A model generated the notes under the pieces. It was not told where the DNA came from and made no database searches. It saw only the letters and a program-made list of their open reading frames with translations. A DNA stretch of 34,247 nucleotides, from assembly GCA_039030815.1 (NCBI GenBank), contig JBCCDL010000001.1:1-34247 (forward strand), read 5' to 3'. The translations under genes were made by a program, and so were the position numbers. Positions 21,911-30,820 of the stretch are shown piece after piece. This stretch comes from Cyanobacteria bacterium P01_A01_bin.83. GTDB lineage: Bacteria; Cyanobacteriota; Cyanobacteriia; Cyanobacteriales; Xenococcaceae. Within the stretch, counting starts at the first letter, position 1. Every line of letters begins with the position of its first letter.

Positions 21911-22569
21911 TGCCCCTCAATAAAGTATTTCTCTACGTACCAAATATTATTGGTTATGTCAGATTTTTGTTTTATTTAATCAGCTTCATTTGTCATAGTC
22001 TGGGTAACTGGCAGTTGTGTCTGGCATCTTATGCAGTGGCTTTTATTCTCGATGAATTTGATGGTCGTGCGGCTCGGGCTTACAATCAAAGCAGTAACTT
22101 TGGGGCTGCATTAGATATGGTGGCAGATCGCTCTGCTACTGCTGGTTTATGCCTAATTTTGGCGCAATTATATCCTAATTATCTCTTAATTTTTATTGGT
22201 GCGATCGCTCTTGATATTAGTAGTCATTACTATTTGATTTATGCAACGGGAATCTTAGGTAAAGCTAGTCACAAAGACTCAGCTCAGTGGACAAGTAATG
22301 GGCTATTAAAACTCTACTATGGTAATAAGTCTTTCATGGATTTATTAATCTTGGGTAATGAACTTTTTTACCTGTTACTTTATCTAAGTTTTTATAGTAT
22401 AGGAGTTGTTTTTTATGTGGGTAACTGGCAACTTGATTTATGGCAATTAATATTAATAATTTGCTTTCCTGTTTATCTTTTAAAACAAATTACTAATGTT
22501 CTTCAGCTACAGGAATCAGCTCAAGCAATAGCTAATTTTGATTTGAATAATCAAGATGATTTAAAATAA
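21910..22569 (+). CDS. CDP-alcohol phosphatidyltransferase resembling eukaryotic phosphatidylinositol synthase (PIS/CDIPT)
   Basis: Complete DxxDGxxAR...GxxxDxxxD motif (DEFDGRAARAYNQSSNFGAALDMVAD) plus PIS-type motifs VFLYVPNIIGYVR, LDISSH, SHKD, LLKLYY, GNELFYLLLYL, P...LKQITNVLQL; 219 aa, hydrophobic. Confidence 0.85.
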   Translation: MPLNKVFLYVPNIIGYVRFLFYLISFICHSLGNWQLCLASYAVAFILDEFDGRAARAYNQSSNFGAALDMVADRSATAGLCLILAQLYPNYLLIFIGAIALDISSHYYLIYATGILGKASHKDSAQWTSNGLLKLYYGNKSFMDLLILGNELFYLLLYLSFYSIGVVFYVGNWQLDLWQLILIICFPVYLLKQITNVLQLQESAQAIANFDLNNQDDLK

Positions 22570-22601
22570 TTAAACTTTTACAGACTAATTGTTCATTGTG
22601 A

Positions 22602-22685
22602 GGGCGTAATTCGGAGGTCTCCTCCGAATGTTGACGAAGTCAACGCAGCATCGGGACGCTGAGTCCCGATGAACGTTGACCGCCC
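22602..22685. mobile_element. Composite miniature hairpin element inside a (T/A)(C/A)ATTGT heptamer repeat
   Basis: GGGCGTAA-[TTCGGAGG TCT CCTCCGAA]-TGTTGAC GAA GTCAACGCA-G-[CATCGGGAC GCTGA GTCCCGATG]-AACGTTGACCGCCC; AATTGTTCATTG repeated on both sides (22587-22598, 22688-22699). Confidence 0.7.
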
Positions 22686-22805
22686 GAAATTGTTCATTGA
22701 TCAAACTCTAGTAGAGAAATTTAATCCCTAGTTGTTCCCGATTGCTTGATAAATTTTTAACCATACTAAAGCAAAAATTAACTTTTAAACTATTGAGGAG
22801 TATCG

Positions 22806-23756
22806 ATGGTGGGCAAATATCGTCACAATTTACCCCAACTAAAAAATAAGCTCTTTTTAACCGATGGTGGAACAGAAACTACCCTCATCTTTCATCAAGG
22901 ATTGAATTTACCTGAGTTTGCTGCTTTTGACTTACTCAAAGATATTTTTGGTTATGAGGTTCTGGTTAATTACTTTCGCAGCTATGCTCAACTAGCACAA
23001 AAATATCAGGTAGGTTTTATCTTAGAAAGCGTTACCTGGAGAGCAAGTCAAGACTGGGGCAAAAAATTAGGATATTCAAGAGTGGATCTTGCTTCCTTTA
23101 ATCGTTTAGCGATCGCTCTACTGGAAGATATCCGCAATGAATACGAAACTAAGCAAACCCCAATGGTAATTAGTGGCTGTATAGGGACTAGAGGGGATGG
23201 TTATAAGCCTACAGAATTGATGAGTCCTCAAGAAGCTCAACAGTATCACATCCACCAGATTACAACCTTGGCACAAACCAATGCTGATCTTCTCACAGCT
23301 ATGACCATTACCTATACCGCAGAAGCGATCGGTATTTGCCGTGCAGCTCAAACAGTAAATATTCCCGTCGCCATCTCATTTACCCTAGAAATCGATGGTA
23401 AACTACCCACAGGAAAAAGTTTAGCAGATGCGATCGTAGAGGTAGACCAGGCTACCGATTATGCTCCAGTTTATTATATGATCAACTGCGCTCACCCTCT
23501 TCATTTTGCTCATATTCTTGAAGCAGGTGGTGAGTGGACAAAGCGAATTAAAGCCATCCGCGCTAATGCTTCAATCAAAAGTCATGCCGAACTGGATGAA
23601 GCCGAAATTTTAGATGATGGTAATCCTTTAGAACTAGGTATCCAATACCAGAAACTACAAACCCTGCTACCTAATTTAAACATCCTCGGTGGTTGTTGTG
23701 GCACAGATATTCGTCATATCGAACAAATCTGCAAAAATGCATTATCTTTAGTGTAA
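22806..23756 (+). CDS. Homocysteine S-methyltransferase family protein (MmuM/BHMT-like, Zn-dependent)
   Basis: LTDGG.ET.L, MINC, and GGCCGT Zn-ligand motif; GAGGAG RBS. Confidence 0.9.
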   Translation: MVGKYRHNLPQLKNKLFLTDGGTETTLIFHQGLNLPEFAAFDLLKDIFGYEVLVNYFRSYAQLAQKYQVGFILESVTWRASQDWGKKLGYSRVDLASFNRLAIALLEDIRNEYETKQTPMVISGCIGTRGDGYKPTELMSPQEAQQYHIHQITTLAQTNADLLTAMTITYTAEAIGICRAAQTVNIPVAISFTLEIDGKLPTGKSLADAIVEVDQATDYAPVYYMINCAHPLHFAHILEAGGEWTKRIKAIRANASIKSHAELDEAEILDDGNPLELGIQYQKLQTLLPNLNILGGCCGTDIRHIEQICKNALSLV

Positions 23757-23979
23757 ATATATTGCAGATTGACAATATAGTCGTACAGGATCACCTTCTT
23801 TTAAGTTATTGTATAAAAACAGAAGAGTTGTGAATTAATAAAACAAATAAAAAATAGAAGCCAGCAAAAAAAATATGATGCTATTTAAAATGTGTCAAAC
23901 TATAGACACATAAAACCCGAGTGCCATAAACCTGGTTATCATTAAAACAAATAAATCTTAGTTTAAACTGATAATTTTT

Positions 23980-24798
23980 TCAGGCAAATCTCAGATGTCC
24001 AATCTTTACCTGTCTCCTGAATAAGGGCAGGTAGCTGAGTAATCCTAGCCAGCCTAATCGAGTCTTATATTGATCGAGGTAGTGCCACTGGTTGACTAAC
24101 TTGATTTTTCTCCCCCAAGTTTCAATTTCTGATAAATCCCTAATTCCCCATTGATATAGTCCCTGAACTTGTGATGTACTAATATTTCGCCAGCTATTAT
24201 GAGCTAAGAGTATTCCCAAGCAGTCAAAAATTATTTCTGAATCTGCAAAGTTATCTCCAATATTTTGCAGTAAATACCGAACTTCTATTTCCGAGAGGAA
24301 CATAAGTAGTCCTTCGGCGATAAAGAGAACCTTGGTTTGCCTGGTGTGTTTTACTTCTTTCATCCAGTCAAGATCTAAAACTGAATAGGAAAGGTATCGG
24401 TATCTCTCTGTTTCTCCTAACAAAGTATGCCAAATGGGCTTTACTATGGGTAAATCAATACCATCCCAATTAATCAAACCATTATCTAAGCGAAAAAATC
24501 TGGTGCATAAACCTGTTCCTAAATTAACTACCGTAGTATGGGGATGTTGAACAATAAAATTGCTGACAAATTTGTCAATAATTTTAGTTCTAATTGCAAT
24601 TAAAGCTTGATTAATAGGGCAATCATATTTAGAAAAACTGTAATTGATCCGATTGATAATTTCGATGGACTTATCGTCTTTAATAATTCCTTGTTTCATT
24701 TTGCTTTCCAGACTTCTTAAGTAAACTGTAGCCAAAAGAGCCTCCGAAGCTGGTTCTAAGCTAGAAATATTTAATTTGTATTCCATCTTAATAATCAA
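23980..24798 (-). CDS. Class I SAM-dependent methyltransferase, LCM/TcmP-like family
   Basis: LYLR..ES....I.D, R...ID, VVNLGTGLCTR..RL, IDLP.V, S.LD..W, LFIAEGLLMFL, WGI. Confidence 0.85.
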   Translation of the reverse strand: MIIKMEYKLNISSLEPASEALLATVYLRSLESKMKQGIIKDDKSIEIINRINYSFSKYDCPINQALIAIRTKIIDKFVSNFIVQHPHTTVVNLGTGLCTRFFRLDNGLINWDGIDLPIVKPIWHTLLGETERYRYLSYSVLDLDWMKEVKHTRQTKVLFIAEGLLMFLSEIEVRYLLQNIGDNFADSEIIFDCLGILLAHNSWRNISTSQVQGLYQWGIRDLSEIETWGRKIKLVNQWHYLDQYKTRLGWLGLLSYLPLFRRQVKIGHLRFA

Positions 24799-24870
24799 CT
24801 AAATTATAAAAATAAAGATTTTATTTAATGAATACACCGAAATTTATTTAGTATAATGATTCATCTCCAT

Positions 24871-25096
24871 TGAGTAGGTAGGCGGAGTTAAATATATGGC
24901 AGTTGAAGTAAAACTTAAGATATTGAGTCAAACATGGGTGAACCAAGCGCCTTACATGGGGAACCCACTCTCTGGCTCTCATTTACGCTCTTAAAACTTT
25001 TGCCTTTGTAGCGATGTTTACACAGCGAAGCAAGCTGTGTCCATGTCTAAGTCCAGACTAAACCATCTTCTAATTAATTTTATCCGCCCTAACTTA
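24871..25096. mobile_element. MITE-like element of the same TIR family as 21802-21910, with small internal hairpins
   Basis: Left TGAGTAGGTAGGCGGAGTTAAAT; right (reverse complement) TAAGTTAGGGCGGATAAAATTAA; internal ACATGGGTGAACC/ACATGGGGAACC direct repeat and ACACAGC-GAAGCAA-GCTGTGT hairpin. Confidence 0.5.
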
Positions 25097-25367
25097 TATC
25101 TAGTTGGTAGTTGCTGATGGTGATTTGAAGAGTAAGCATGGGACAGTAGAGTACGCCTAGAACAGAGTGTATTAAGCAAGTTACACTCTTTTTGAATTAA
25201 GAGCATAGCCAATTTTCCAAGAAATTTAATTTTTTTTGTAATCTGGATAACTAATAATCATACATAGAGTATGTATTATCCAGGAGGCTATTTGATGCAT
25301 AAAAACAACCCAATTTAAGCGGTTGCTCGATTAAATATTTCAGTTTTTGATGCTGGAAAAATCTAAC

Positions 25368-25460
25368 TATAGCAATTCTTATTTTGGTGAGATACAAAGT
25401 TGATCGTTTTGAGGTAGAGGGCAGAGGCAGGTGTACCTCATGAATGTGAGAAAAGCTATA
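25368..25460. mobile_element. MITE-like element with TATAGC-type TIRs (TA termini)
   Basis: Left TATAGCAATTCTTATTTTGGTGAGATACAA vs right (reverse complement) TATAGCTTTTCTCACATTCATGAGGTACAC, 21/30 identical; 93 bp; internal GAGGTAGAGGGCAGAGGCAG short repeats. Confidence 0.7.
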
Positions 25461-25709
25461 AACAGGTTTTATATATCGTAAAGTTATATTGCATCAGGAT
25501 AAAAGTATTTAAATCAAGTTTAATTTGCTGGGTAGCGCAGTTTGCGTAGTTTCGAATTAATTTTTTATCATTGATTACAAAAAACTATAGTGTTCCAGAA
25601 TTTATTAATTAATTAATAATTATCTAGAAGCTATAAAACCGAAGATAAATTGCCTTTTTCCTGTTCAGAGTCTTTCAAAGTTATTTAACATTCGAGACTT
25701 ACCACCGTT

Positions 25710-26453
25710 ATGATCAATGTTCTCATCGCTGACGATCAGAATTTTATTCGCAAAACTTTAGAGTCGTATCTAGAAGCAGAATCAGATCTCAAAGTGATTG
25801 GATTTGCCGAAAACGGCGCAGCCGCCATCAACCAGGTAGAGCAGCTCAAACCAGATATAGTGCTGATGGATATTGAAATGCCGATTATGGATGGCTTAAC
25901 TGCAACCAAGACTATTGCCCAAAGATTTACTGATACCAAAGTGCTGATGTTGAGTATTTGCGATCGCGAGCAGGATGTAGCCAAAGCTTTGAAGTTAGGA
26001 GCTAAAGGCTACTGGCTAAAAAATACCACAGCTAAAGAGCTAGCAGATGCAATTCGCCACGTTCACAAAGGTTACTTTCAGTTAGCTTTAGAATTGGTAG
26101 AGAAGCACTTTAGTCAGCTACAATCGTTTAGTCCACAGGCAACTCAAGATTTGGAGTTAAGTAACAAATTGAACATGGTTGATGCGGTATTAGCGCAGGT
26201 GGAACAAAAGATTGATTCCTTGGAGGAATTAACCCCTGATAGCCTAAGTACAACAGTAGAAAATTTGGTTAAGCAAGAAATGTCTATCCGACACGAGCAG
26301 GATGCCAATTTACAATTTAGATTTGACCGTCTGAGATACCAGTTTAATCGATTAAGCCAGAAAACAAGCCTAATAATTAAGACTCAGCTAATTGTTAATT
26401 TGATTTTGCTGGTGATTATTTTCATACTTGGTTATTTTGCTCTATTCAAATAG
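25710..26453 (+). CDS. Response regulator: NarL-type REC domain with coiled-coil and C-terminal TM, no recognisable HTH
   Basis: INVLIADD, VLMDIEMP.MDG, GAKGY.LK; C-terminus ends in hydrophobic LIVNLILLVIIFILGYFALF. Confidence 0.85.
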   Translation: MINVLIADDQNFIRKTLESYLEAESDLKVIGFAENGAAAINQVEQLKPDIVLMDIEMPIMDGLTATKTIAQRFTDTKVLMLSICDREQDVAKALKLGAKGYWLKNTTAKELADAIRHVHKGYFQLALELVEKHFSQLQSFSPQATQDLELSNKLNMVDAVLAQVEQKIDSLEELTPDSLSTTVENLVKQEMSIRHEQDANLQFRFDRLRYQFNRLSQKTSLIIKTQLIVNLILLVIIFILGYFALFK

Positions 26454-26536
26454 ATTTGTTGTGATCAATAAACCGTATAGCATTTCTTTAAATCAGCAAC
26501 GCCCAAAATTATTTTCCATTCCCTTACATCCCTAAA

Positions 26537-28048
26537 ATGTTCAGAGAACGCAACTATCAACCCAAAGCTGATATTTTAGTCATTGATGACACTCCCGAAA
26601 ATTTAGCGTTGCTCTCTCAAATGCTAACGGAAAAGGGTTACAAAGTAAGAAGTGTTACCAAAGGTTCTACTGCTATTAGAGGAGCTAATGCCGTACCTCC
26701 AGACTTGATTCTTCTGGATGTTAAGATGCCTGAAATGAATGGCTATGAAGTCTGCCAACAGTTTAAAGGAAATCCTCTAACTTGCGATATTCCAGTGATT
26801 TTTATCAGTGCTTTAGGAGATGTATTTGATAAGGTCAAAGCGTTTCAGGTGGGTGGAGTCGACTACATTACCAAACCGTTTCAGGTAGAGGAAGTATTAG
26901 CCAGGTTAGATACCCACCTGACGATTCGCAATTTACAAATTAAACTTAAGGCACAAAATGCACAACTACAAAGAGAAATAGCCGAAAAAACTGCCGCGCA
27001 AGACAAGTTTGCTAAGGCTTTTCGGGCATGTCCTAATCCCATTGCGATCGCTGATTATCATTCGGGAAAAGTATTAGAGGTAAATAAAAGTTTTCTTCAG
27101 ATGAGTGACTACGACACGTCTGAAGTGATTGGGCAACATTTAAATCAGATTTATGACCCTGGGGCTTTAGAGGTTTATCAACATGCCCTGGAAAAGCTAG
27201 AATCTCAGGGTTTTATTCATAACCTAGAATTAGATTTTTCCACCAAATCAGGTCAAGTTAAAACCGTATTACTGTCAATGGAATTGATTGACTTGGGGGG
27301 AAGTAAATGCACCCTGCAAATCCTCAACGACATTACCGAACGCAAACGACTGGAAAATGAATTTATCTCGTTGGTAAGTCACGAATTACGCACTCCCATG
27401 ACTTCTACCATTGGCGCATTGGATCTATTAAACTCTGGTCAGTTAGGAACTTTGAGCGATCGCGGTCGCCAAATTCTCCAGGTGGCGATTCGCAATAGCG
27501 AACGTTTAATTCGCTTGGTCAACGATATCCTCGATCTCGAACGAATGAAATCGGGCAAAATTGCCATCGAACCCACGAACTGTAGTCTCGAAACAATTCT
27601 CCAGCAGGCAAGCGAAACTATGGAAGCAATGGCTCAACAAGCTCAAGTTGAATTACTGCTGGAATCTTGTAGTGTTAACCTTTACCTGGATTGCGATCGT
27701 ATATTGCAAACATTAACCAATCTACTGAGTAATGGCATCAAATTTACTGAACCTGGAGGCATAGTTAAACTAAGCGCTTCTGTTGATGGCGATCGCTGTA
27801 AGATTATCGTCCAAGATTCGGGACGAGGAATTCCCCAAGATAAATTGGAGTCAGTATTTGAACGGTTTCAACAGGTAGATGCCTCCGATTCTCGTAGTAA
27901 GGGCGGCACGGGTTTAGGGCTTGCTATTTGTCGTCATATTATTGAAGCTCATCAAGGCAAAATTTGGGTTGAGAGTGTTTTGGGTCAGGGCAGTAAGTTT
28001 TGTATTGATTTACCTCTGCAACATACTCCACGAGGCAATGTAAGATAG
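26537..28048 (+). CDS. Hybrid histidine kinase (REC-PAS-HisKA-HATPase)
   Basis: ILVIDD..N, LILLDVKMP; PAS ending DITERK; SHELRTP; NLLSNGIKFT; DSGRGIP; GGTGLGLAI. Confidence 0.95.
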   Translation: MFRERNYQPKADILVIDDTPENLALLSQMLTEKGYKVRSVTKGSTAIRGANAVPPDLILLDVKMPEMNGYEVCQQFKGNPLTCDIPVIFISALGDVFDKVKAFQVGGVDYITKPFQVEEVLARLDTHLTIRNLQIKLKAQNAQLQREIAEKTAAQDKFAKAFRACPNPIAIADYHSGKVLEVNKSFLQMSDYDTSEVIGQHLNQIYDPGALEVYQHALEKLESQGFIHNLELDFSTKSGQVKTVLLSMELIDLGGSKCTLQILNDITERKRLENEFISLVSHELRTPMTSTIGALDLLNSGQLGTLSDRGRQILQVAIRNSERLIRLVNDILDLERMKSGKIAIEPTNCSLETILQQASETMEAMAQQAQVELLLESCSVNLYLDCDRILQTLTNLLSNGIKFTEPGGIVKLSASVDGDRCKIIVQDSGRGIPQDKLESVFERFQQVDASDSRSKGGTGLGLAICRHIIEAHQGKIWVESVLGQGSKFCIDLPLQHTPRGNVR

Positions 28049-28069
28049 CGATAGCTCGTTAAATCATCC

Positions 28070-28119
28070 TTCTAGATTATTAATTCTAGATTATTTAATT
28101 CCTCGTTCCTCATTCCTTA
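28070..28119. repeat. Short tandem repeats (TTCTAGATTAT(T)TAA x2, then TTCCT(C/T)(G/A) heptamer x3)
   Basis: Seen directly between the kinase and the REC gene; STRR-like. Confidence 0.6.
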
Positions 28120-28194
28120 ACATAGAATTTCTCTAGTTTTTCTCACTCAAAGTTTAAGTTAAACTTATCAAATTAATTTGAAGTGAGGTGGGAT

Positions 28195-28578
28195 GTGAGT
28201 AAAAAAATTTTGATTATTGATGATGAATCAGATGTTAAAGAGATTGCCCAACTCGGATTAGAAATGGCAGCAGACTGGCAGGTTATCACCGCTAGTACAG
28301 GAAGATCAGGACTAGATTTAGCTGCAAGTAAACAACCAGAGGTGATCTTACTAGATTTAATGATGCCTGAGTGGGATGGTACGGAGACTCTTAAGCACTT
28401 AAAGTCTAATCCTGCCACTGCGATTATTCCTGTAATTTTGATGACTGCGAAAACCCAATCGGCGATCGCAAATGAATTAGAGGGGTTAGGTTTGGCAGGG
28501 GTAATTACTAAACCGTTTCGTCCATTAGAGTTACCAGAACAAATTAATCAAATTTTAGCCAATCATTCTACTGTTTAA
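28195..28578 (+). CDS. Single-domain response regulator (REC)
   Basis: KILIIDD, ILLDLMMPEWDG, VILMTAK, ITKPF; start placed at GTG 28195 because GAGGTG lies at 28185-28190 (ORF track gives 28183). Confidence 0.9.
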   Translation: MSKKILIIDDESDVKEIAQLGLEMAADWQVITASTGRSGLDLAASKQPEVILLDLMMPEWDGTETLKHLKSNPATAIIPVILMTAKTQSAIANELEGLGLAGVITKPFRPLELPEQINQILANHSTV

Positions 28579-28695
28579 GGGTAGTTGTACTAATTTCCAA
28601 CGAATCTTGATTGGCAGTAAATGCTTTTTTGCTCCATAACCGATTACTAAAAATTACAAAAGAAAACTTTTTAACCAGAGATTTCGCTTTTCACA

Positions 28696-30069
28696 CTATT
28701 TAATAGCTTTAACTCTCATCTTGACTCCGCCAGCAGGAGAAAAAGTCAAACCCCGACGAGCAGATTTTAAAGGACGATTATCAAGCAATTCTAGCTCAAC
28801 TTGAGACATAACCGTAGCCAGAACCAGCTTCATTCCGTATAAAGCAAAAACATGACCTATACAACGGCGATTCCCACCACCAAACGGTAGATATTCGTAA
28901 GGAGAGAATTCTTGTTCGATAAATCTTTCTGGTTTAAACTTTTTCGGTTCAGGATAAATATCTTCTCTGTAATGAGTCAGGTAAATTGAGGGAAATAAAG
29001 ATGTTCCTGCATCTAGCTGATATCCCATTAACTCCCAAGGCTGTTTCAATTGTCTGCCCACAAATGCTACCACTGGCTGTAATCTCAAGGTTTCCGATAC
29101 TACTGCGCTGAGGTAGGGTAATTTAGCCACAGCAGCAAAGTCAGTTTTGTTAGCCATAGCATTTAACTCCGCTTGGAATTTATCTTTAACTTCAGGGAGA
29201 CGATGTAACCAGTAGAATGACCAGGCTATTGAACTAGCAGTAGTTTCATGTCCTGCAAACAACATGGTCATTAGTTCATCCTTTATTTCTGCATCGCTCA
29301 TCAACTGTCCTGCTTCGTCTCTAGCAGACAGGAGTAAACTGAGAATATCTTCTCCCATCATGTCAGGGTTTTGGCGACGTAGATCACATTCAGCCTGAAG
29401 CAGATGATCAATTTGACGTTTTTGCTGTAAAAATTTGCTCCAGGGAGTTAATCCACCTAAATCTTTTTGTAACCAAGGAAAAAAAAGAAAAAGAGATTTG
29501 AGAGGATAATTAAAAATATTAAGATAGTCAACCAAAATAGTTTGCAGACGGTCGTACTTTTCCCCTTGATCAACGCCAAAAATATTCCGTAAAATAACCC
29601 GCAAAGAAATCTCCTGGGTATAGTCGCGGATACAGATTCTCTGTCCTACTTGCCACTGCTCAATAACTTCTTGGGTAACATCTACCATGCTTTGACCATA
29701 GCTTTTTATCCTCTCGCCATGGAAAGGCGGCATCAATAGTTTACGATGTCTTTGATGTTCTTTACCACTGAGCAGCGCCATGGAATTATCCCCTAACATC
29801 AGCCTAATTGAATTAGTAGACTGTTGATTAACCTCAAATAAATCTGGTTTGGCAGTAAATACTTCTTCTATCCCTTGAGGATTACTAAAAATTACATAGG
29901 GAGGAAGAGAACCTGGTGCGGGAATATAAAAGATCTCTCCGTACTGGCGTTGCAATTTTTCTAGAGTACCAAATTGATCTAAAGTAAATTGGATTGCAGT
30001 TATAATAGACAGTGCCTTAGAACTAGGTGGGAGATTAGAGCCTTTTGTCAATGAGTTCACACTAGCCAT
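28696..30069 (-). CDS. Cytochrome P450 (CYP110-like)
   Basis: AGHETT I-helix, ETLR, PERF, heme-binding PFGGGNRRCIG. Confidence 0.93.
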   Translation of the reverse strand: MASVNSLTKGSNLPPSSKALSIITAIQFTLDQFGTLEKLQRQYGEIFYIPAPGSLPPYVIFSNPQGIEEVFTAKPDLFEVNQQSTNSIRLMLGDNSMALLSGKEHQRHRKLLMPPFHGERIKSYGQSMVDVTQEVIEQWQVGQRICIRDYTQEISLRVILRNIFGVDQGEKYDRLQTILVDYLNIFNYPLKSLFLFFPWLQKDLGGLTPWSKFLQQKRQIDHLLQAECDLRRQNPDMMGEDILSLLLSARDEAGQLMSDAEIKDELMTMLFAGHETTASSIAWSFYWLHRLPEVKDKFQAELNAMANKTDFAAVAKLPYLSAVVSETLRLQPVVAFVGRQLKQPWELMGYQLDAGTSLFPSIYLTHYREDIYPEPKKFKPERFIEQEFSPYEYLPFGGGNRRCIGHVFALYGMKLVLATVMSQVELELLDNRPLKSARRGLTFSPAGGVKMRVKAIK

Positions 30070-30197
30070 AGTAAATCTTAGGTAATTTAAGGAGTGTCAA
30101 GCTAAGAATAATCAGCGCTGATCAAGAAACAGACATAACTGATTATCCTATAAAAAGCTTTTATTACTGATAAACGCCTTATGTATTTAGTGTTAAG

Positions 30198-30611
30198 CTA
30201 ATTTGTTTTGAGACGTTGAGTGATATTGTTGAGTTGTGCTTGGCTATCAACAGGAGAGCGCGGCTTTGGCAATTCGATATTGGGCCAATTCTCCAAATCG
30301 CTGCAAGCACATGATAAAGGTTGGGTTTGGGCTTCCACCATTGGCACAGGCAGGGCACATCTAGCGCACTGCTCAATCGACCAATTAGAAGACAGTAGCT
30401 CTTGGATAGTCGCCTCTGCCCCTATCAAATAACAATCACGCCCGTCAACGCTCATGATTTTCTGCCAACACTCTTCAAATTGTGGTGCAAAGCGATCGCC
30501 TTCAATCACTTTTTCGGGGAGTAATTCTGCCGCCCCATTCTTCCAGACTAATTTTTTGCCTAATTGAAACCAATGGGCGAGATAGGTTTTAACTTCTGTT
30601 GTTGATGCCAT
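30198..30611 (-). CDS. Conserved cyanobacterial hypothetical protein with CxxC and CxC motifs
   Basis: MAS..EVK.YLA.WFQLGKK N-terminus recalled as a cyanobacterial conserved hypothetical; CARC...CAC; GAGG upstream. Confidence 0.75.
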   Translation of the reverse strand: MASTTEVKTYLAHWFQLGKKLVWKNGAAELLPEKVIEGDRFAPQFEECWQKIMSVDGRDCYLIGAEATIQELLSSNWSIEQCARCALPVPMVEAQTQPLSCACSDLENWPNIELPKPRSPVDSQAQLNNITQRLKTN

Positions 30612-30820
30612 TTTAACCTCTACTTTTCAGGATCTATATTTATGTACTAAAGATGGAAACTACTCTGAAAAGATCTGCCACCTAATAAACGCAATTGTTA
30701 TTCCTAATTTACTTATTGTTCAATCCAAAAACTTTAAAAGAGTTAATAACAGTTAACGTTTAATTACTTCATATATATAAGATCATAGATGGAGAATCAA
30801 TAAACATGGCGATTATTCAA

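Noticed and set aside
22570-22805. SAM riboswitch upstream of the homocysteine methyltransferase
   Set aside because: No SAM-I consensus elements seen; the hairpins are better explained by the dispersed repeat family shared with 11.7 and 17.9 kb.
25018-25212. 64-aa minus-strand ORF
   Set aside because: TTG start, overlaps the end of a MITE-like element, no recognisable features.
25243-25283. Nested inverted repeat CTGGATAA...ATACATA-GAG-TATGTAT-TATCCAG
   Set aside because: Single AT-rich asymmetric occurrence; cannot distinguish an operator or terminator from chance.
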